Positions 38,354 to 46,984 of a stretch of 64,000 nucleotides of DNA are shown in pieces. The number at the start of each line of letters is the position of its first letter. Position 1 is the first letter of the stretch. Position numbers and translations under genes: made by a program. The notes beneath the pieces are model-generated. The model was not told the DNA's origin. It saw only the letters and a program-made list of their open reading frames with translations, and ran no database searches. The stretch covers positions 1,311 to 65,310 of the forward strand of contig CAUZIY010000001.1 in assembly GCA_963579995.1 (NCBI GenBank), written 5' to 3'. The stretch is from Phycisphaerae bacterium (GTDB taxonomy: Bacteria; Planctomycetota; Phycisphaerae; Phycisphaerales; Phycisphaeraceae).

Positions 38354-39331
38354 TCATGCCATAACAGGTCCCGATGTGCGAGATTCAAAACATATTGCAC
38401 GCAGCTTAGCTGATCGGCTTCGTCGATTTTTCTTGCGTTCATCATCGGTGGCAGTTAACGGCCGCCGAGTGAGGAGTTTGGCCTGGCCATTACGGTTTAG
38501 ATCACGAAAGGTCATCTTGACGAGGCGGTCTTCCAGTGAGTGAAAGCTAATGATCATGGCTACACCACCTGGTTGAAGTGCGTTGGGAAGCTGCTGTAGG
38601 AGGTGCCGCAGGCAATCCAGTTCCCGGTTGACCGCGATACGCAGTGCCATGAAAGTGCGCGTGGCCGGATCGATACGTCGTGGTATGCGGCGACCTCGGC
38701 GGCGCGAGGAAACGGAACCATAAGCTGAACGCACAATTTGGGCCAAGACCATCGTGTCTTTAATCGGCGCTTGGCGACGGCGCTCGATAATCTTTGCCGC
38801 AATTTTCCGGCTCAGCCGTTCTTGACCATTCTGGTAGATCAGGTCGGCCAGTGATCGTTCGTCTAGGGTATTTACCAATTGAGCTGCAGTGAGTTCCTGC
38901 CCCAAGTCGTATCGCATATCCAGTGGGCCAGTTGCACCGAAGGAAAATCCACGGTTCGGGTCATTCATCTGGTTGGATGAGAAGCCGAGGTCTGCCAGCA
39001 ATAGATCCGCCTTGTCAATATTCAGGTGTGCCAGTACATCGGTCAGTTCGGAAAAGTTGGCATGAACCAGGTCCCACGCAACATTCTTGGGTGCTGATTG
39101 TTTCAGCAGTTGCCGGCTGAACTCTACGTTTCGAGGATCACGATCAATACCCACAAGATGCCCCCCGGGTGAAAGCTGCTGTACGATTTGTGTACTGTGG
39201 CCACCTTGGCCGATCGTGCAGTCGACGCATACCTGTCCGGGGCGGGGGGCCAGCAGTTCCATCACCTGCGGGGCCAGAACAGGGATGTGCCCGGTATCAT
39301 CATTGGTTTCTGGGGGCATCGTTGGTTGCAT
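38354..39331 (-). CDS. rsmH: 16S rRNA (cytosine1402-N4)-methyltransferase RsmH (MraW)
   Basis: HIPVL, DCTIGQGGHS and DLGFSSNQM motifs. Confidence 0.92.
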   Translation of the reverse strand: MQPTMPPETNDDTGHIPVLAPQVMELLAPRPGQVCVDCTIGQGGHSTQIVQQLSPGGHLVGIDRDPRNVEFSRQLLKQSAPKNVAWDLVHANFSELTDVLAHLNIDKADLLLADLGFSSNQMNDPNRGFSFGATGPLDMRYDLGQELTAAQLVNTLDERSLADLIYQNGQERLSRKIAAKIIERRRQAPIKDTMVLAQIVRSAYGSVSSRRRGRRIPRRIDPATRTFMALRIAVNRELDCLRHLLQQLPNALQPGGVAMIISFHSLEDRLVKMTFRDLNRNGQAKLLTRRPLTATDDERKKNRRSRSAKLRAICFESRTSGPVMA

Positions 39332-39412
39332 CCTAGCAATTCATTGCATGGGGTTGGGCGGTCAAGACCACTGGATAATGCGAGATGTCCTGCTCTGGTT
39401 TACAATGGTGGC

Positions 39413-39976
39413 ATGAATGCATTTGAGGGCACCACCATCCTATCTGTACGCCGCGATGATCAAGTGGCCATTGCTGGAGATGGTCAGGTGACCATGGACA
39501 AGGTGGTTGCCAAAGCCGATGCAGTCAAGATCCGCAAGCTGGATGGCGTAGGTGTTGAAGGTGCAGGTGTCCTTATTGGTTTTGCGGGTACCGCCGCAGA
39601 CGCGTTTGCGTTGCTCGAAAGATTCGAGGTCAAATTACGAGACTCGCCAGCAAACATCAAACGGGCGGCAATTGAACTGGCCAAGCAGTGGCGAACGGAT
39701 CGGGCTTTGCGACATCTTGAGAGCTTGATCATCGTGGCGGACCGAGCGTGCAGCCTGATTGTTTCGGGATCTGGTGATGTGATCGAACCCACGGATGGTA
39801 TCCTGGGAATTGGTTCAGGTGGAGCTTATGCGACGGCGGCTGCACGAGCATTAATCAATCATACGGATATGTCATCACGTCGCGTGGTTGAAGTTGGTAT
39901 GCAAGTCGCTGCAGATCTATGCATATACACCAATAGTCATATATCAGTAATGGACCTGTCTGATTCAGGTGGCTGA
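39413..39976 (+). CDS. hslV: ATP-dependent protease subunit HslV (isolated, no hslU downstream)
   Basis: TTILSVRRDDQVAIAGDGQ...GFAGTAADAF...WRTDR...GSGG...CIYTN aligns along the whole length with canonical HslV. Start at ATG 39413 (the track start 39188 was rejected). Confidence 0.92.
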   Translation: MNAFEGTTILSVRRDDQVAIAGDGQVTMDKVVAKADAVKIRKLDGVGVEGAGVLIGFAGTAADAFALLERFEVKLRDSPANIKRAAIELAKQWRTDRALRHLESLIIVADRACSLIVSGSGDVIEPTDGILGIGSGGAYATAAARALINHTDMSSRRVVEVGMQVAADLCIYTNSHISVMDLSDSGG

Positions 39977-40080
39977 TCTGGGAATTGGTCATGTATCCCA
40001 TGTGCCTTGACCATAATGGCCATGATGGTTGTGGTTCTTGCGAGTGGTTTCTCGTAGGTCTAGACTGATCCCCACATACT

Positions 40081-40166
40081 GCGGGTGTGGCGGAATTGGC
40101 AGACGCGCATGGTTCAGGTCCATGTGGGGGTTAAACCCCGTGGAGGTTCGAGTCCTCTCACCCGCA
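40081..40166 (+). tRNA. tRNA-Leu (anticodon CAG), class II with long variable arm
   Basis: Hand-folded. The 7-bp acceptor stem is GCGGGTG/CACCCGC. The 5-bp anticodon stem is CATGG/CCATG with loop TTCAGGT. The variable arm is GGGG-TTAAA-CCCC, the T-arm is GGAGG-TTCGAGT-CCTCT, and the discriminator is A. No CCA is encoded. Confidence 0.9.
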
Positions 40167-40420
40167 TTGGTCTGCATATCCATATTGTGGGGTCATCTGT
40201 TGGCCATGGTGGTTTAAGTAGTGGTGGGGCATGTCGGTTCATTGGTTCCCGAGTTTTCAGCAACTTATTGGGCTCTGGGTTGTTGAGATGATTCCGCTTC
40301 GCCAATGCATACCCATTGCTGGTTGCCAATCACCTGAACTGACACGTGTTGGCTGGTTTGCGACAGCTTTCTGGACCGGGTCTTGAGGATATTCAAAGAC
40401 AAATCAACGGCTTGCAACGC

Positions 40421-41638
40421 TTAATCAAAAGTCCGCTCTATGGCCGCTGCGCCCGTGGGTTTGGTGCCCATGGGTCGAATTGGAGATGTTGCCGGAGGCT
40501 CGTAGGTAAATCGAAGGTGGGGGGTTTCAATACGCTTGTGATCCTGGTGGCGTGATTCAAGCAATGCGTCGAGTGCGCCACCTACAAGTAATGTCCTTTC
40601 CACCGGGTATTGGGGTTGGCCGGTCAAAAACATTTGCTCGATATTCAAACCCAGATAGCTGAAATGGGGGTTAGGATAAGGGGCGTCAAACTGAAGGACT
40701 TCCGTTGCCTGGATCTGTCCGTTGGATGAGCCGGCAAAACCCCAACCTTTGAGATGGCCAGTCAACATGAGTGTGGCGGCACGGAACCCGTCAGCGTATT
40801 CCAGTAAAAAGGCTGCAGGGTTGGGGCAATTATCCTCCATCCGGCCGGGATTTTTGGCCTCGGTACAGTCATCTGCTGCCTTAACCAGTTCCTGCGACCA
40901 AAGTCCGTCGCATCCTGCCTGCCACACAGCATCGTCTTCAAGGCATTGCACTGCGACGATTCCGTTTTCGCCACCGGCCCGTCGCTCCACCATGCACTGG
41001 AGGAGTTCAAGGGCATGGTAACCATAGGATTCCAACTGATGCCAGCCGATGGAAACGGCTTGGTCGAGTTGCACGCCGATATCGTACTCAAGCCAAGGCT
41101 TGCGATAGCACAGGGGTAACGAAGAGCCCGCCATGAACGGTACGTTCAGTTGCTGCGATCGGTCGTACATCCACTTGGCGGTGGGCCAGTCGTATGAAAG
41201 ATATTTATCGCAGAACACGGGCACCGATCTTCCTGATCGGGCGAAGACGGCGCAGATTTGTTCGAAAAAAGACCGTTTCGGATAGAGCATCTGATCCTTT
41301 TCATTCTGTCCGTAATCACCGTGCTCAGCAATCATCAGGACGCCATCAACTGCTAATAACTCATCGCTTGGTCGCCAGTGATGCCCACCAAGTGTCAGGG
41401 CTGATCGGACGCTGCGAAAAACCGGGATATCATGGGTCTTGGCAAATGCTAGGATGACATCGTCATCGTGGACTTGGTCAATATAGAGAGAACTGATTTC
41501 AACTTGCGGGGTAATCAGCCCCTCATCGGTGGGAAAGCCAGTGACAAATTTTGGGGCGATCACATCGACATGGCTGTGACGAAAACCCATTGTGCAAATA
41601 ACTGCGATTTTCTTGCGATTCACCATTGAAATGGGCAT
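40421..41638 (-). CDS. Conserved-looking hypothetical protein (possibly Gfo/Idh/MocA-like fold)
   Basis: A long clean ORF of 405 aa with protein-like composition. No diagnostic motif recognised and no GxGxxG. Confidence 0.45.
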   Translation of the reverse strand: MPISMVNRKKIAVICTMGFRHSHVDVIAPKFVTGFPTDEGLITPQVEISSLYIDQVHDDDVILAFAKTHDIPVFRSVRSALTLGGHHWRPSDELLAVDGVLMIAEHGDYGQNEKDQMLYPKRSFFEQICAVFARSGRSVPVFCDKYLSYDWPTAKWMYDRSQQLNVPFMAGSSLPLCYRKPWLEYDIGVQLDQAVSIGWHQLESYGYHALELLQCMVERRAGGENGIVAVQCLEDDAVWQAGCDGLWSQELVKAADDCTEAKNPGRMEDNCPNPAAFLLEYADGFRAATLMLTGHLKGWGFAGSSNGQIQATEVLQFDAPYPNPHFSYLGLNIEQMFLTGQPQYPVERTLLVGGALDALLESRHQDHKRIETPHLRFTYEPPATSPIRPMGTKPTGAAAIERTFD

Positions 41639-41819
41639 CCATGTTAAAAGATGAAAAGAGAGGGTTTTTCCTTAATGATTCAAGCAGGCACGGTGCGATG
41701 ATCTGTTGTGATAGAAAAGCTGCCTGTATGCACCTAATTTACAGGGCCTAATGAATAGGCAGCGGATCCTTGGACTGATCGAGGAGTTACCGGATATTAA
41801 TCCGCCTGCCAGCTTCTTC

Positions 41820-42854
41820 TCAGGCGATGTTTTCGGGTTTAAGTTCGCGGCTCATTAACTGGCTGATTGCTTCGATAGGATCCAATCCCTCGAACAGTAC
41901 ATGGTAGACAGCCGTGGTGATGGGCATTTCCACCCGGTATCTATCTGCCAGTGCCACCACGGATTTGGTGGTTGGGACACCTTCTACGACACCGTTAATT
42001 GATTCCAGCACGTCTTCCAGGATTTTCCCCTTACCTAACTGCTCTCCACAGCTTCGGTTACGGCCTGTTGGGGAAAAGCATGTGGTTGCCAAATCACCAA
42101 CACCGGCAAGACCATAAAAGGTCTGATAACGCGCTCCCATGGCGGTTCCCAGGCGTGTGATTTCTGCGAGGCCACGGGAAAGAAGGGCACTTTTGGCATT
42201 GTTACCGGCCTGTAACCCATCCAGAATGCCAGCGGCTAGGGCGATAACATTTTTTGTTGCTCCGGCCAGTTCGACCCCAAGCAGGTCATCATTCGTATAA
42301 ACACGAAACCATTGTGTGGTAAATGTCTGTTGCAGGGTTTGGGTGAAAAGAGGGTCATCTGAAGCAGCGCAGACAGTTGCTGGCAGGCATCGGGCCAGTT
42401 CATCGGCAACAGAGGGTCCGGAAAGGGCACCCAGTGGCCTGGCCGCCCGGTCTGGGTTATCACCGCTGGAGCCTGGGAGTTGCAGCATGCTGGCTATAAT
42501 TTGCGTTGGCCGCAGGTGGGTGTCGTTCTCGATGCCTTTGGCAACAGAAACAATGGGGATGTCCTGCGGCAGATAAGAGGACAAACGGGTCCATACCGGA
42601 CGTATGTATTGCGTTGGTACTGCAGATACGACCAGTTCGGATCCATCGAACACGGTGGTTTCATCGTGCGTCAGATGGATCGAAGGTGGGATGCGGTACG
42701 CCGGTAAATGTGGGTTTCGACGGGTCTGAATCAAATCCGCAATATGTTTGGCAAAGGCGCCCCACATTGTGACTTGATGACCCTGGCTTTCAAGCAGCAT
42801 GGCGCAAACAGTTGCCATCGAACCATCGCCGATAATAGTAATGTTCTGGCCCAT
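41820..42854 (-). CDS. gpsA: NAD(P)H-dependent glycerol-3-phosphate dehydrogenase
   Basis: MGQNITIIGDGSMATVCA (Rossmann), GLAGVGDL and NRSCGEQLGKG-type motifs. Start at ATG 42854 (the track start is 42929). Confidence 0.9.
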   Translation of the reverse strand: MGQNITIIGDGSMATVCAMLLESQGHQVTMWGAFAKHIADLIQTRRNPHLPAYRIPPSIHLTHDETTVFDGSELVVSAVPTQYIRPVWTRLSSYLPQDIPIVSVAKGIENDTHLRPTQIIASMLQLPGSSGDNPDRAARPLGALSGPSVADELARCLPATVCAASDDPLFTQTLQQTFTTQWFRVYTNDDLLGVELAGATKNVIALAAGILDGLQAGNNAKSALLSRGLAEITRLGTAMGARYQTFYGLAGVGDLATTCFSPTGRNRSCGEQLGKGKILEDVLESINGVVEGVPTTKSVVALADRYRVEMPITTAVYHVLFEGLDPIEAISQLMSRELKPENIA

Positions 42855-43210
42855 GTTTCTTGTACGACTGGAGGATAAAATTCCCCTGCTGGCGACCCTT
42901 GCAGTACCTTCTACAGAGGTCAGAATCAAATAACGGCCTGTGTATGGTGCCTATAACTAGTCATTGTTGTCGGTGCATCAGATTGATGCAAGAGTGACTT
43001 ATCGGCGGCAACTGATTTGCCGTCCGATTCTCAATAAATCGGTAGGCACCTTAAGGATCAGCCGGTTAAGCGCCGATGCCAGTTGAGGTTGTGATTAGCA
43101 TATGGGGGGCCGTGACTCTTTTGGTGATCTTGCCCGATAACTTTGACCTCCAGTTGCCATGGCTGCAGAGGGCGGCTTGGGGGTTTCCGACTTGTTGAGG
43201 TAGAAACACG

Positions 43211-44680
43211 ATGAACAGGGTTGGTTGGTTTTACAGTGATTTTTCGATCGCAAACTGGTTAATACGAGTGGGTGCGCGGGCTACGGTCAGGTGCATGCTG
43301 CTATCAACTGTTTTTCTGTTGATGGCCAGTGGTTGTGAGATGGATGCTTATTTTGATCCATCAGAAATTGGACGTTGGGAGCGTACTCCGGTCAAGTTGC
43401 CGATCCTCTCCAAGTTAGATGTGATCGATGAACCGACCTCAGAACCACCCAATCTGAGTGGTGTCCGCCCAGAGGATCTGGTTCCAGAACGTCAGGACTA
43501 TGTGATTGGTACCGGAGACCTGATCACCATTAGTGTCTACGAACTTGACCAGCCTGGGCTGGAATCAGTCCAGACACGACAGGTTACCGATCTGGGTGTT
43601 TTCCGACATCCACGCCTTGGTCATATCAAGGTGACTGGCTTTACGGAAACCGAGTTGGAGGTAGGGGTCGCCAAAATCGTTGAACAGCAAGGCCACCTTC
43701 AAAATGCCGAGGTCACGGTGCTTGTTCGCGAAGGTCGGCAGAATTCATTTGCCGTCATTGCGCAGCCACGCACCGGTGGAACACGGGCTGGTACCTATGC
43801 CATTTTCAAGAGCGATCAGCGTCTGCTCGAATCGATGGCCATGGCGGGTGGTGTGCTTGAACAGATTAAGAATATCTTCATTATCCGGCAGATCACGGTG
43901 GATTCAGATGATAATGGTGAGGAACCCATCATTGATGTGCATGAACCGGCTTTGGATCCGGGAACGATACTTCTCGAGATTATTCAAAATGGTGACCACG
44001 AACAGGCTGCTCCAATTTCGGGTGAAGCACTTGGAGGTCTGCCTCCCCCCGAGGTTCTCGAGCAGAGCCTTAGCGTGCCCGCAACGGCGGCAAACTACGT
44101 CAACGTAGACGGCAAATGGGTTCCCGTGGCTGGATTGCAGGGTGCGGTCGACAGCCCAACATACCCCCAGCGTTTAGAAGCAAGTATTCCTGAAAACGAG
44201 GAATTGCCTCCCGTGGTTCAACGCGTCATCAAGGTTCCCTATGACCTACTTCGTAAGGGTGACCTGCGATATAACGTCGTGATTCGACCTGGTGATGTGA
44301 TTCAGATTCCCGCTGTTACTGGTGGATACGTATTTGTTGGGGGAAATATTGCCCGGCCTGGCACCTATTCAGTAGAGGGCGATGATCGACGCACCTTGAA
44401 ACAGATCATTATTTCTGCCGGTGGGCTAAACGGGTTAGGGATTCCTGAGCGTGTTGATCTGACGCGGCGCATTGGTAACAACCATGAAGTCACGGTGCGA
44501 TTGAATCTACGTGATATTTTCAATGGAACCGAACCCGACTTTTTCATTAAGCCAGACGACATTATCAATATTGGCACGAATTTCGTCGCCACGCCGAATG
44601 CTGTCTTTCGTAATGCGATCCGCATGAGCTATGGTTTTGGATTTGTGCTGGACAAGAATTTCGCCAGCCAGGTATTTTAG
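43211..44680 (+). CDS. Polysaccharide export lipoprotein (Wza/EpsE-like, Poly_export plus SLBB)
   Basis: Lipobox LLMASGC. Poly_export-like DYVIGTGDLITISVYE. SLBB-like GDVIQIPAVTGGYVFVGGNIARPGTY. Confidence 0.8.
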   Translation: MNRVGWFYSDFSIANWLIRVGARATVRCMLLSTVFLLMASGCEMDAYFDPSEIGRWERTPVKLPILSKLDVIDEPTSEPPNLSGVRPEDLVPERQDYVIGTGDLITISVYELDQPGLESVQTRQVTDLGVFRHPRLGHIKVTGFTETELEVGVAKIVEQQGHLQNAEVTVLVREGRQNSFAVIAQPRTGGTRAGTYAIFKSDQRLLESMAMAGGVLEQIKNIFIIRQITVDSDDNGEEPIIDVHEPALDPGTILLEIIQNGDHEQAAPISGEALGGLPPPEVLEQSLSVPATAANYVNVDGKWVPVAGLQGAVDSPTYPQRLEASIPENEELPPVVQRVIKVPYDLLRKGDLRYNVVIRPGDVIQIPAVTGGYVFVGGNIARPGTYSVEGDDRRTLKQIIISAGGLNGLGIPERVDLTRRIGNNHEVTVRLNLRDIFNGTEPDFFIKPDDIINIGTNFVATPNAVFRNAIRMSYGFGFVLDKNFASQVF

Positions 44681-44773
44681 GCTTTTAACGATACCGATGG
44701 CATGCAGGCATGGTGGTTTAGGGAGAGCTGCAGAGTTGGCGGAGGATGATTTAAGAGTACTGGGCGCTACTCG

Positions 44774-46981
44774 ATGGGACCGAATGCCATCGGCGCGCCA
44801 CGAGGATACGATGATCTGATGACGAGTACGACGACTGCGACTGTCTTGCCGACTGTGGATGCTGACCGTAGGTCGGTTACGTTCACCGGGTGGTTTTGGA
44901 TTATTGGGATTGGTGTCCTGTTTCTTGCCCTGCATTGGTCATTTGTGAATCGCATGATTCACATTGCCACCAAGGCACCTGGGGGCAAAAAGGCTTGGGA
45001 TCTACTCGTTCATATTGTCATGAACCCATGGAATGCCGATTGGTCGCACACGTTAATCGTACCGCTGATCAGCCTTTATTTCGTGATTCGCAGTGGACCT
45101 CGTCTGGTGGTGACGGCAAGACGGGTTTTCCCACTGGGATTGGGGATTTTTTTCCTGGGCCTGCTCAGTTTTTTCTGGTGGGTTCATCCGGGCCGAAATG
45201 ACATGTTGCAGGGCTTTAGCATGGTTTTAGCGCTATTCGGGCTGGTTTTGTTTCTCGTTGGACCAGCCATGATGCGCATTCTTTGGTTTCCCATTGCTTA
45301 CTTGGTCTTTTTCGTCAAGATATCGGACCGTTTTTGGAACCAGATTGCATGGAAACTACAAGGCATTGCGGCCGAGGCAGCAACAATTGTGTTGAAGTTT
45401 CTAACCTTGATCATCAATTTTGACGTCAGTAAGTCGGGCAACAAAATCGAAGTTGGATACACCCAAGGTGGCGCCTATTTGACCAGTGCTCTGGCTGTGG
45501 AGGAAGCTTGTTCAGGTTTGCGGATGTTGATGGCTTTCATCGCATTAGGGGTGGCGATGGCCTATCTGACGGATCGCATGTGGTGGCAGCGGATTGTGAT
45601 GGTTGCGTTAACAGTACCCATTGCCGTGGCTGTCAACGTTGGTCGTGTCGTAACGCTCGGCCTGTTATCCATGGTCGATGACCAGATGATCAAGGGCGAC
45701 TTTCACACGTTTATCGGCATGCTTATGTTGATTCCGGCCGCAGGATTATTTTGGCTGGTCGGTTGGATCCTGGATAAAATGGTCATTGTTGAGGAGCCAG
45801 CAAGGTCGATTCGACCGGGTGCTCATGTTGACAAAACCGCAGATGGCAAGGCGGCAGACTGTGGTGGTGGAGACAAACGACAAAAAATACTGGATGTGGT
45901 AAAGGGTTTAGGCGCGGGCGCCATTCTATCTGGCCTTGTGGGTGTTAATTATTATGTTCTGTTACTTGTCTGGTTGCAGCCCTATCGCCAGGGTATGAGC
46001 CAGTGGACGGCTAATGTCTGTCTGGGTGCGAGTGTCCTGGCCTTGGTGGTGGTGGCTTTTCTGATTCGGCGGTTGGTCCAACCTCCTCGTTCTTCAGCAG
46101 CGGATTCATCGTCTGCGAATGCAAAAAAGGTGACCGGCATGCCGGGACGCCCTGCTACGATAGCGTTGGGTATTGGTGCAGGCATTCTAATGACATCGCT
46201 CACCGGATTTGGTGCTGTTAACAAGATTAACGGGGTAGTGCTGCTCAAGCACCCTATCGAACTCCGCAACCCGCTATATCGATTACGTGGTGACTTTGGC
46301 AATTGGAAATGGGTCGGTGAGGATCCTGAGTTGCCGCCCGAGCAACTCGAGGTGTTGGGTACGGATGAATACATTAGTTACGACTTCCTTGACCGAAATG
46401 CCAAGCCCGGCAGTCCTGCGTTCCAAGTCAAACTGCATGTCACTTATTACACGGGCAACCCTGACACTGTTCCACATGTGCCGGAGCGATGCATTATCGG
46501 GGGTGGAGCAACGGGTGTGGGTCAATCCTATCCAACGTTGAACTTGGAAGGTCCGCAGTATCGTGAAGTGCTCGGAGGCTTTGGGGTCGGCAGTATTCTG
46601 CTGGCCCAAGATGTATTCATGCCCGATCTCCAGATCAATGCCACATTATTTCAATATCACTGGCCGGAAAATCCGGACCGGATCATTAGCGTGATCTACT
46701 TTTTTATTGCCAATCACAAGTTTCTGGCAAGTCCTGACCTGGTCCGCCTACACGGATTCGATCCACGTGATCAGTACAGCTATTACTGCAAGGTTGAGGT
46801 TGGGTTGGGTCACCTTCCCGATCCGGAGGTGGCAGTCCAGCGAGCTTCAGCCTTTCTGTCCAAATTATTGCCTGAGGTTATGGGTTGTTTGCCTGACCTG
46901 ACACAGCTTCAAAAAGATTCGGTTCCGAGCCCGGAAGTGGATTTGACCATAAGACGACCAAATGGTTCACGGAGATCATAA
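44774..46981 (+). CDS. Exosortase fused to a C-terminal EpsI-family domain
   Basis: Polytopic N-terminal half with the exosortase signature EEACSGLRML, NVGRV and FHTFIG. C-terminal half has the EpsI-like HVPERCIIGGGA. Confidence 0.8.
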   Translation: MGPNAIGAPRGYDDLMTSTTTATVLPTVDADRRSVTFTGWFWIIGIGVLFLALHWSFVNRMIHIATKAPGGKKAWDLLVHIVMNPWNADWSHTLIVPLISLYFVIRSGPRLVVTARRVFPLGLGIFFLGLLSFFWWVHPGRNDMLQGFSMVLALFGLVLFLVGPAMMRILWFPIAYLVFFVKISDRFWNQIAWKLQGIAAEAATIVLKFLTLIINFDVSKSGNKIEVGYTQGGAYLTSALAVEEACSGLRMLMAFIALGVAMAYLTDRMWWQRIVMVALTVPIAVAVNVGRVVTLGLLSMVDDQMIKGDFHTFIGMLMLIPAAGLFWLVGWILDKMVIVEEPARSIRPGAHVDKTADGKAADCGGGDKRQKILDVVKGLGAGAILSGLVGVNYYVLLLVWLQPYRQGMSQWTANVCLGASVLALVVVAFLIRRLVQPPRSSAADSSSANAKKVTGMPGRPATIALGIGAGILMTSLTGFGAVNKINGVVLLKHPIELRNPLYRLRGDFGNWKWVGEDPELPPEQLEVLGTDEYISYDFLDRNAKPGSPAFQVKLHVTYYTGNPDTVPHVPERCIIGGGATGVGQSYPTLNLEGPQYREVLGGFGVGSILLAQDVFMPDLQINATLFQYHWPENPDRIISVIYFFIANHKFLASPDLVRLHGFDPRDQYSYYCKVEVGLGHLPDPEVAVQRASAFLSKLLPEVMGCLPDLTQLQKDSVPSPEVDLTIRRPNGSRRS

Positions 46982-46984
46982 AAA

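Noticed and set aside
39188-39412. A 75-aa N-terminal extension of HslV (track ORF start 39188).
   Set aside because: The extension overlaps the 5' end of the divergent rsmH gene on the other strand and has junk-like composition. Canonical HslV homology begins right after ATG 39413.
40167-40420. Integrated element or genomic island at tRNA-Leu.
   Set aside because: There is no integrase, no direct repeat of the tRNA 3' end, and no compositional shift downstream. The next gene is an ordinary-looking chromosomal ORF.
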